From Octopus sinensis (Eukaryota): a stretch of 16,435 nt of DNA. The notes beneath the pieces were generated by a model, which ran no database searches, was not told the origin of the DNA, and saw only the letters and a program-made list of their open reading frames with translations. The position numbers and the translations under genes were made by a program. Positions 1 to 9,109 of the stretch are shown here, in pieces. The stretch spans positions 1 to 16,435 of the forward strand of contig NW_021825153.1 of assembly GCF_006345805.1 (NCBI RefSeq). The letters run 5' to 3'. Each line of letters starts with the position of its first letter. Position 1 is the first letter of the stretch.

Positions 1-3
1 ATG

Positions 4-298
4 GCCAATGAGGGAGACCTCTACATGGTAGCTAGATCTGCTAGAAATAGCAGCCAAATCTCCCTCAAATCACACCCTACTCTCTTATCTATGTATATAT
101 GTATGTATGAGCCAATGAGGGAGACCTCCACATGGTAGCTAGACCTGCTAGAAATAGCAGCCAAATCTCCCTCAAATCACTCCCTACTCTCTTATCTATG
201 TATATATGTATGTATGAGCCAATGAGGGAGACCTCTACATGGTAGCAAGACCTGATAGAAATAGCAGCCAAATCTCCCTCAAATCACACCCTACTCTA
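4..298. repeat. 107-bp tandem repeat (~2.8 copies), with degenerate copies to ~540
   Basis: Unit gccaatgagggagacctctacatggtagc...cttatctatgtatatatgtatgtatga starts at 4, 111 and 218. Diverged copies at ~315-400 and ~485-540. Related opposite-strand fragment (ttggctgctatttct) at ~6726-6781. Confidence 0.9.
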
Positions 299-402
299 CT
301 CTCATATGTCTGTAAGAGCTATTGAGAGGGACATGTACATGATAGTCAGTCCTAGTAGAAATAACAGCCAAATCTCCCTCAAATCAAATTCAACTATCTT
401 AC

Positions 403-421
403 CTATCTATCTATCTCTCTC

Positions 422-471
<50 letters not shown>
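403..471. repeat. Compound microsatellite (ATCT)n/(CT)n/(TA)n/(GT)n
   Basis: Direct reading. Confidence 0.95.
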
Positions 472-474
<3 letters not shown>

Positions 475-1060
475 ACAAACTAACAAGAGACACCTCTACC
501 TGGTAGCTAGGCCAAACAGAAATAACATCAAACCAAATTTCAGTCTTCACTTTCTACCAGTGCAAAGAAACAATCTCTCAACTAGGACATTTAAATAAAG
601 AAACTTTTTTCATTGAAAAATACAAAACACGTCTTAATATGCACGCATAACCAACTTTTATCTTTTCACATATTTCAATTCACGATTACATCACTGTACA
701 TAAATACCCTTACTAAACAAGGTTTTTGAAAATTTGTCTCTATCTGTACACATATATATTCCCTTCCCATTACCGAAAGCTGAACAGTTATCTCCCTTAC
801 CCACAACAATAACAATAATAACAACAACCAATTACATCCCTATCTACTTGTGAAGTCATACACTTGTGAATTTCACCACACACAACATGGACAAAATTTC
901 TTCTAAAGAAAAAATATATATTCAAATAAGTAAAACATAATATCATGAATAGCGATAGCGAAACCGGCCGATATATTAAAAATTATATTAAAACTATGTA
1001 AGTGTGCGTATTTTCCTTTTTTAATTTCTTATATATATATATATATATATATATATAGCA

Positions 1061-1212
1061 GGTTTCTTTCAGTTTCTGTCTACTAAATCCACACACAAGA
1101 TCTTGGTCTGTTTGAGGCTGTAGAAGACATTTGCCCAAAGTGCCATGCAGTGGGACTGAACCTGGAACCATGTAGTTGGGAAGCAAGCCTCTTAACCACA
1201 CACTCACCCTGC
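1061..1212 (-). mobile_element. tRNA-derived SINE, 5' head fragment
   Basis: Reverse complement of the SINE head at 10944 (B box GTTCAGTCCC, CORE-like ttgggcaaatgtctt), next to (TA)n at 1031-1057. Confidence 0.8.
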
Positions 1213-1495
1213 ACCAATTGCTTCTGAGTAACTCCACCACCACCACCACCACCACCATGCCCACTGCCATCATGTCAATTGCAATGGCTCTCACGAATTT
1301 ATTTACAGACACCATAAAACTTGCTACCAATCTCCACCCCATCCAGTGCAAACTAACGCCCCCCCCCACTCTATCGATTGACCACCACTTCTGTCTTCCT
1401 CCTTGCAAATTCTCTTCCTACTCGTCCACTTACTACAGCTCCAACACCACAATCACATCTGTCCACGCCCTCACCCAAACACCTACACTAAATCA

Positions 1496-1618
1496 ATATA
1501 TATATATATAAAAACACACACACACATATATACATATATATGTACATATATATATGCATGTGTATATATGTATATATATATATATATGTATATATACACA
1601 CAGATGCATGCACATGTC

Positions 1619-1655
<37 letters not shown>

Positions 1656-1945
1656 CTCATACATATATGTGTGCATATTTATGTCTATATATATATATAT
1701 GTGTGTATATATATACACACACACATCCATATATACACAAAGATATATATTATATATATATATGTATATATATACACACACACACATCCATATATACACA
1801 CAGATACATGCACACTATATATATATATATATATGTATATATATACACACACACATCCATATATACACGAAGATACATGCACACATGTCTATATATATAT
1901 ATATATATACACATTTATATGTGTGTATGTGTATGTGTATATATT
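1496..1945. repeat. Large compound (TA)/(CA)/(TG) microsatellite with higher-order repeats
   Basis: The block tatatatacacacacacatccatatatacac recurs three times (~1708, ~1770, ~1840). Confidence 0.95.
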
Positions 1946-2236
1946 GATCTCTATTCATGTTCTAAGAAACCAATGAAGAACCATCATCATCATCATCACG
2001 ACGACCACCACCACCATATTCCAAGAGACGTATTCTTCCTGTTAGATTAGGCAGTGCAACACCAGCTGCACACAGCTGCGAGCCATGGCAATGGTGGTGG
2101 TGGTTTTGAAACGAGACTACACACGTGTGCGTGATTGTGGGTTTAAGAATTCAAATGCCAGTATGTACACCACCACCCCTACACACACACACACACAAGC
2201 ACGCATGCAAATGTATTTTAAAAAACAACTATGTTT

Positions 2237-2628
2237 ACTCTTTACTCTCTTGTACTCGTTTCAGTCATTTGACTGCGGCCATGCTGGAGCACCGCCTTTA
2301 GTCAAACAAATTAACCCCGGGACTTATTCTTTGTAAGCCCAGTACTTATTCTATCGGTCTCTTTTGCTGAACCGCTAAGTGACGGGGACGTAAACACACC
2401 AGCATCGGTTGTCAAGCAATGCTAGGGGGACCAACACAGACACACAAACATATACACACACATACATATACGACGGGCTTCTTTCAGTTTCCATCTACCA
2501 AATCCACTCAAAAGGCATTGGTCGGCCCAGGGCTATAGCAGAAGACACTTGCTCAAGATGCCACGCAGTGGGACTGAACCCAGAACCATGTGGTTGGTTA
2601 GCAAGCTACTTACACACACAGCCACTCC
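2237..2628 (-). mobile_element. Full-length tRNA-derived (CORE-like) SINE with 32-bp target-site duplication
   Basis: Head (A box TGGCTGTGTG, B box GTTCAGTCCC), central microsatellite and gtaaaagagt-type tail are all present. Flanked by identical atgcaaatgtattttaaaaaacaactatgttt at 2205-2236 and 2629-2660. Resembles octopus OR-type SINEs from memory. Confidence 0.9.
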
Positions 2629-2772
2629 ATGCAAATGTATTTTAAAAAACAACTATGTTTGATTTATCAAAGATTTTCCCACAATTCACTTTTACCTGTT
2701 CAGGTTTTGTTTGAAATATCAAGACTCCTAAATCCATTAGGCTGACGGCATTTTCGGATTTTTCCAGTTTAA

Positions 2773-2967
2773 CCCTTTAGCATCCAGATAATTCTGTCAA
2801 GCATAATCCTTTTTTATTCACCATGTTTTTGATTAATCTTGCATTATCTCACAACCTAGAAATCAACGATGCAACTTTTATTTTCTCAAAGGGACATGGT
2901 AGGATTTGTGTGAGAAGCCAGATCTAGCCAGTTTGGACATAAAACAGGTAGAACATGGCTGGTTTAA
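2773..2967 (+). mobile_element. TTAA/piggyBac-type MITE lacking its right TIR; a second copy starts at ~2964
   Basis: Begins TTAA-CCCTTTAGCA. The same start (ttaatcctttagca) recurs at 2964. Family recognised from memory of octopus repeats. Confidence 0.6.
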
Positions 2968-3000
2968 TCCTTTAGCATTTGGATTATTCTATCAACTCTA

Positions 3001-3520
3001 ATCCTTTTACATGTCACTGCATGGGCGAGATATAAAAGCACCTGTCGCTACATGGACACTTTACATGTCACAACATGGATGCTTTTACATGTTGCCACAT
3101 GGACAAGATATAAAAGCACCTGTTGACACATGGACACTTTATATGTCACCACATGGGAAAGACATAAAAGTCCCTGTTGCCACATGGACACTTTACATGT
3201 CACAACATGGATGTTTTTACATGTTGCCACATGGACAAGATATAAAAGCACCTGTTGACACATGGACACTTTATATGTCACCACATGGGAAAGACATAAA
3301 AGTCCCTGTTGCCACATGGACACTTTACATGTCACAACATGGATGTTTTTACATGTTGCCACATGGACAAGATATAAAAGCACCTGTTGACACATGGACA
3401 CTTTATATGTCACCACATGGAAAAGACATAAAAGTCCCTGTTGCCACATGGTAAAAAGACATAAAAGCATCTGTTGCCGCATGAGCACCCGTCGCCACAC
3501 GGATGTTTTTACATGTCACA
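3001..3520. repeat. 132-bp minisatellite (78+54-bp subunits), 3 full copies plus partial flanks
   Basis: Units start at 3053, 3185, 3317 and (partial) 3449 and are nearly identical. Confidence 0.93.
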
Positions 3521-3906
3521 GCTTGTAAAATCATTAATGTAGTACCTTGCTGGCATTGGGTTTAAATCAAACTCTCAACACCCCCCACTCACAGAGCATA
3601 TACACAAAATCAATACAAAGAAATTCATGACCATTTTCTTTTACTTCTCCTTTCATATTATTGATTTCTTCTCTCTCTCTTTTCCCCTTCCTATCCACCC
3701 ATGCCCACTAGCACAAATTTAAATACAAAGTAAAGCCCTACATGCATCCACCCTCCCATAGTCTATATGGGAGGGTGGAAGTATAGCTATCTGTATGATA
3801 AATCATAATAGTCACAGGTACCGACCATAAACCCTACAAGTTCTTCTGATTGGTATAAATTAGTAAATATCCGTTAATTAAGCACTCAACACAGCCAGAA
3901 CATTAA

Positions 3907-4127
3907 CCCTTTCATTACCATATTTCTGTTGAGATGCTCTGTGTTTCTTTCAATTAATTATAAATACAACGAAGAATTTAGTAAAATAACTTAGTTATCA
4001 TTAAGCTAGTGTTAGGAACATAAATTGTGACTAAGGTTTGGAGGAAGATTTTAATTCAGAACTAATGAAAACAAGACATTTGTACTCAGAGCCAGAGGTG
4101 GTTTCAGCCAGGTTGGTAACGAAAGGG
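3907..4127. mobile_element. Complete piggyBac-type MITE (221 bp)
   Basis: TTAA TSD at 3903-3906 and 4128-4131. TIRs CCCTTTCATTACCA / TGGTAACGAAAGGG (13/14 match). No ORF. Confidence 0.85.
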
Positions 4128-4158
4128 TTAATGCAACTTTTGCCTGAAGAAACGAACA

Positions 4159-4610
4159 CATCATCGTTTAACATCTACTTTCCGTGCTAGGACAGGTTGG
4201 ACGGTTCGACCGGGGTCTGGGGAGCCAGGCAGCTGCACCAGGCTCCAATCTTGATCTGGCAGTGTTTCTACTGCTGGATGCCCTTCCTAACGCCAACCAC
4301 TCCATGAGTGTAGTAGGTGCTTTTTACGTGCCACCGGCACAGGTGCCAGGGAGGCTGGCAATGGCAACAATCGGTTGGTGCTTTTTACGTGCCACCAGCA
4401 TGGAGGCCAGGTGAGGCTGGCAACGGCCAAGATTGGATGGTGCTTTTTACATGCCACCGGCAAGGATGCCAGACGAGGCTGGCAATGGCCACAATCGGAT
4501 GGTGCTTTTTACGTGCCACCAGCACAGAGGCCAGGTGAGGCTGGCAGCGGCCCCGATCGGTTGGTGCTTTTAACGGGCCACCGGCACAGAAGCCAGTCAA
4601 GGCAGCGCTG
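4159..4610 (-). mobile_element. RTE-clade LINE 3' UTR with an internal 61-62-bp tandem array
   Basis: Reverse complement of 13528-13704 and of the UTR following the RTE ORF end at 13953. Contains ggatgcccttcctaacgccaacc. Array units start at 4316, 4377, 4439, 4501 and 4563. Confidence 0.8.
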
Positions 4611-4811
4611 ATCTATTAATATTCTCCTCAAGGTCCATGGATTTCACAAATCATATTTGTAATATCCTAAGGATGGGGAATACAACAACTAAAACATGGA
4701 ATTTCTGGAAACGTATGTAGCAATGCATTAAAATAGTTATGAATTTCCATCTAAAGTTCTTGTTATTATTAAATATATATATATTATTTAATAAACACAA
4801 TATATGTATTT

Positions 4812-4897
4812 ATGTGCTACTATTAGTTTCATGTGCTGAGAGCATGCCAAACAGTGTTTTTTAATATGTCAGGTGTCCTAGCACAATCATCAGACAT
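4812..4897 (-). ncRNA. Degenerate type-I hammerhead-ribozyme-like motif with long stem II
   Basis: Minus strand: atgt-CUGAUGA-u-UGUGCU-[~42 nt]-AGCACA-u-GAAA-CU-aau-AG-UA-gcacau. GUA triplet present; 10.1-11.1 is a U-U mismatch; stem I is only 3-4 bp. Confidence 0.35.
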
Positions 4898-4983
4898 TGC
4901 CCCATTTTTAGTTCATTATGCCATGTGTGTAGTTTCTGATGATTGTGCTAGGACATCAGACATATATATATATATAAACTTAC

Positions 4984-5405
4984 TTGGAGAACAGAAAAGA
5001 AACGATCGTCTAGGCTAAAAAAAGGCCCTCAATGTTTGTTTCCTTGTCCTGTTTTTATTCTTTACTTGTACTGTATTTTTTTGTATTTTTATTTGTATTG
5101 TTTTTTTTTATTTGTATTGTTTTTTACGTCGTCTGTTTTTGTCACATTTTTTTCATTCCTTGTTTTTACCCCTCTGCAAAGGAATTTTATTTAATTCTTT
5201 CGCAGGAAGGGCTAGTTCGACGAGTCGTGTTCTGTCTTTACCTTCGAAACACGCTGGAGTTGAACTAGGGACAGCAGATGAAGGGGAATTTTCCTTGTGT
5301 AGTTTGTCTTGTACTCTGTTTTTTCTTTGTAAAAAATAGTCTGTTTCCATGTTTGTTTTTACGTTTTCGTTTCTTGTTGAGTTCTACGTCTATTTGTGGT
5401 GTCCA
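4984..5405 (-). mobile_element. Probable 3' fragment of a non-LTR element (basic ORF1-like C-terminus followed by an A-rich 3' end)
   Basis: Minus strand: WTPQIDVELNKKRKRKNK..., then the ORF-track peptide ...ELALPAKELNKIPLQRGKNKE*, then an A-rich tract ending gggcctttttttagcctagacgatcgtttcttttctgttctcc, which resembles a recalled octopus repeat end. Confidence 0.4.
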
Positions 5406-5481
5406 TATATAATTTTATATTGAATGTATATATAACTGTAGATGTAGGTACGTACATATATGTATGTATGCATGCATATAC

Positions 5482-5535
<54 letters not shown>

Positions 5536-5645
5536 ATTTAGGAATGGTCATTTTGCCAGTTTAGCCAATAAAAACACACGCACTATATTTGGTGTTACTT
5601 TGCTTCAGTGTTATTTATTTTTTACATTAATCTTAATCTTATTTC

Positions 5646-5689
5646 GGCAAAGTTCTTTCGTCACACTCCTGTGACCTCATCAGTGGTCC
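5646..5689 (-). ncRNA. Hammerhead motif, damaged inverted copy (sense to PAPSS)
   Basis: Same core and stem II as 6398-6442, but the 3' side reads GAAAGAAC-UU-UGCC: CUU triplet and disrupted stem I. Confidence 0.6.
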
Positions 5690-6397
5690 TTTGTTTTTCT
5701 TACTTATTTTGTGTCTCTCCTTACTAACCGTCAGCCATTTGTATTTCTATTGTATGTCTTCATTGCGCATGCTTATATCTCTATGTGCGTCTATGTTTAT
5801 TTAGTGTGTATGTGGGGGATGCCTGTAATATTTGTATCTTCTGTTTATATATGTTCATGTAATTTTTTAATTTGTATTTTTTTTTTTTTTATTTTTTTTT
5901 TTGTTTTTTTGTTTTGTTGTTTTGTTTATATTCTTATTTTGTTCATGTGTTTATATCCACCCATTATTATCATTACAAATGCTTGTATGTATGTATGCAT
6001 GTATGTATAACAACAATACTAGTAATAATAATAATAAATTGAATCGAAAAATATATATATTATTATTACTAGTATTGTTGTTATACATACATGCATACAT
6101 ACATACAGCATTTGTAATGATATAATGGGTGGATGTAAACACATGAACAAAATAAGAATAAACAAAAACAACAAAAACAAAATACAAATTACAAATTACA
6201 TGAACATATAAAATTACAAATTACATGAACATATATAAACAGAAGATACAAATATTACAGGCATCCCCCACATACACACACTAAATAAACATAAACGCAC
6301 ATAGAGATATAAGCATGCGCAATGATGACATACAATAGAAATACAAAATGGCTGACGGTTAGTAAGGAGAGACACAAATAAGAAAGAAGAAAACAAA

Positions 6398-6442
6398 GGA
6401 CCACTGATGAGGTCACAGGAGTGTGACGAAAGAACTCTGGCC
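6398..6442 (+). ncRNA. Type-I minimal hammerhead ribozyme motif
   Basis: GGACCA-CUGAUGA-G-GUCACA(GGAG)UGUGAC-GAAA-G(AA)C-UC|UGGCC. Full catalytic core, 6-bp stem II, 2-bp stem III, 5-bp stem I with a bulged A. Predicted cleavage after C6437. Confidence 0.75.
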
Positions 6443-6818
6443 GAAATAAGATTAAGATTAAAGTAAAAAATAAATATCACTGAAGCAAAGTAACACCAGT
6501 GTTTTTATTGGCTAAAGTGGCAAAATGACCATTCCGAAATACAACAATATCTGTTTCAACACACGACTTCACATAAAAAATCTTGCACAACAAATATTTA
6601 AACGTATATATATATATATATATATATATAAAGCCACGTGATTCGGAGGTGCAAGCTCCTTCACCTGCACAACCAGCTATGTGCCTTTTACCTTTCCCCA
6701 TAACAGTAAAATGCGATTTGGCAAAAACTCTTGGCTGCTATTTCTCGCACCAAGTGGAGCACCAACACAGAGGTCCTCGTTCATGACATGATATATTCGT
6801 TAGAGGTCATCCACTTAC

Positions 6819-6937
6819 CTTATCAATTAAAGCTCTCAGTATGTTGTTAATGCATTCGTCAACAGTTGTCTCCCCTGCTTTCAGGACCACATCGGGATTT
6901 TCGGGGGGTTCGTACACTGAGTCAACACCAGTGAAAG
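6819..6937 (-). CDS. PAPSS: Next coding exon (119 bp) of PAPS synthase, end of APS-kinase domain
   Basis: Joins in frame with the previous exon (T+CT = Ser): SFTGVDSVYEPPENPDVVLKAGETTVDECINNILRALIDK, matching the FTGIDSxYExPxxPELVLKT motif. Acceptor tttgtttatcgttacag; donor GTAAGT (6818-6813). Confidence 0.96.
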
Positions 6938-6989
6938 CTGTAACGATAAACAAACAGAAGGATTGTCACTGTCAGAGGAGGTGGCCATC

Positions 6990-8340
6990 GGGATGGTGAC
7001 AGTGTTGATGGTGGTGGTAGTGGTGGTGATGGCAGTTGTAGTGTTGGTAGTGGTGGTTGTGATGGTGGTGGTGGGAGGTGGTGGAGATGGTTGTGGCATT
7101 GATGGAGGTGGTTGTGGTGCTGGTTGTAGTGTTGGTAGTGGTGGTTGTGATGGTGGTGGTGGTGGTGGTGGTGGAGACGGTTGTGGCATTGATGAAGATG
7201 GCTGTTGTAGCTGTGATGACTGTGGTGTTGGTTGTGATGGTGGTGTTGGTGATGGTTGTGGTGTTGGTTGTGGTGGTGTTAGCGCTAATGGTTGTCATGG
7301 TGATTGTGATGGCTGTGGTGGTGGTGGTGGTGGTGGTTGTAGTGTTGGTGATGGTAGTGTTATTACTGGTGGTTGTTGTGGTGATTGTGGCATTGATGGA
7401 GGTGGTTGTGGTGGTGGTTGTAGTAGTGTTGATAGTAGTGATGGGGTGGTGGTGGTATTTGTGGTCACGGAGATGATGGTTATGTGTGTGATGTTTATGC
7501 CGATGGTGGTGGTGGCAGCGTTGGTTGCTATGGTGGTGGTGGTGGTAGTAGTGGTATCATGCAATGTTTAGGCAACAGTAGCAGTAAAAGGCCAATTTCC
7601 TGTCCAATATAAAAGACAGTTGACTTTATTTTGGTAAATATTGACATAGTGGTGGTGGTGGTGGTGGTGGTGGTGGTGGTGGCAAAGGTGATGGTGGTGG
7701 TGGAGGCAGTTCTAATAATGAAAATGGTGGTAGTGATAGCAAAGGTGGTGTGGATGGCGCCGGGTGAAGATAATAGAGATTGGTGGTGGTGGTGGAGGTG
7801 GTGGTGGTGGTGGTGTGGTGTAGGAGCTAGCAGTAGTTGCATTGGTGATGAGGATGATGATGGTGTCAAAGGTGATGATGGTGTTGGTGGCAGTGCTGAT
7901 AATGAAAATGGTGATGGTGATAGCAAATATGGTGGTGGTGGTGGGGCTGGTGCCGGTGAAGAGAATAGAGATGGTGATGGTGTAGGAGCTAGTAGTAGTA
8001 GCATTGATGATGATGATGATGAGATGATGACGGTGAGAAAGTCGTGTGACACATAAAAATGTGGTGGAGTTGTTGGTGAAGATAGTGATGACGGCGGTGG
8101 AGACAACGACGACAATGATGGTGGTGTTGGCGGTGGTGGTGATTGTGGTACAACTGATGTTGACGATGATGACTGTTATGATGATGTTGACGAGATCATG
8201 ATGACAGTAATGATTGTGATGATAATGATGGTGGTGATGATGATGATGACGATGATGACAATGATGATGACAATGATGATGATGATGATGTTGGCGATAA
8301 TGATGATGATGATGATGATAATGACAATGTGATGTGATGT
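6990..8340. repeat. Degenerate (GGT)/(GAT)/(GTT) trinucleotide expanse
   Basis: Direct reading. Source of the poly-V/G/T/P/H pseudo-ORFs. Confidence 0.95.
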
Positions 8341-9109
8341 CGTTTCAGCTCCGAAGGTAATCATTTATTTTGACCATTTAAAAGTGTATATTGACAAACA
8401 TTTTGTGCTTAAAAGTTTGTGCAACAACATCCACTGTAACCTTTGATAAATATCGACACAAATTTTTGCCCCTTGTGGGCAAAATTTAAAAGAAAAAATC
8501 CTCATAGCCTTCGTGGTTTCATTTAGCCATTTATTTCCAAATGGCCACTGGCCACCACGAGGCTGAGTTGCAAGTGAAGCGTGACGCAGAACAGAAAAAC
8601 AGGATGCTCTGTTAGCTACGCCGAACCTGACAACTCCCACCACCACCAACACAAAAATACAAACAAAGGTCGCAAGGCCGCACCGTCAACACCATCAGTG
8701 AGTCCACCACCACCACCAACACCATGGCAGAATCTGCTATACTAAACTGCTATCCCTACTAAAGATATCGCCACCAATCACAACATCACCATCAACCGCC
8801 ACCAAAGACCGTGCCGTCAATGCTACTAATACTACCAACACCGGGACCGCCGTCACAAGAACGACAATACAACAACAACAACGACGACAACAACAATTCC
8901 CTTCAACCACTGCTCACTCCATCACCAACAAGTGAAAAAATAACGACGACAAGCAAACGAAATGTCGAATTTTTGCCCTAGTGCAGGACTAAAGTACGCA
9001 GGCAATTTTCCACCCCCTTCCTACTAGCACGATCGAACCAACACACCAATTTTTACAAACTGCAGCCAACACAACATCACCACAAGCAACAACAATAACA
9101 AAACAACAA

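Larger units (their letters stand above)
5527..6604. mobile_element. Penelope-like (pLTR-type) foldback insertion: ~500-bp inverted arms, 24-nt spacer, (TA)n on both sides
   Basis: Arms 5527-6033 and 6058-6549 are reverse complements with scattered substitutions, a ~12-nt indel and a short tandem duplication. The right arm extends 55 nt further. (TA)n at 5487-5526 and 6605-6630. Hammerhead motif in each arm. The Penelope assignment is inferred from the hammerhead plus inverted-pLTR architecture. Confidence 0.7.

Noticed and set aside
3011-3454. Met/His/Tyr/Trp-rich repeat ORF as a reflectin-like or structural protein
   Set aside because: Lacks the reflectin MD(X)5MD motif, is intronic and is fully explained by a DNA tandem repeat.
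4143-4175. CTGAAGA followed by an AACGA/TCGTT stem (hammerhead-like)
   Set aside because: Followed by TAAC rather than GAAA, and the right stem half belongs to the adjacent RTE tail, so the pairing is coincidental.
4316-4610. CRISPR-like appearance (conserved ~20-bp motif with variable intervals)
   Set aside because: The intervals are homologous to each other, the context is eukaryotic and there are no cas genes.
4978-4983. Perfect GTAAGT donor on the PAPSS strand
   Set aside because: No upstream in-frame PAPSS-like coding sequence; it lies at a repeat terminus.
6886-6995. Plus-strand pseudo-exon after ctgctttcag (TTSGFSGGSYTE...)
   Set aside because: It is the antisense shadow of the real minus-strand PAPSS exon.
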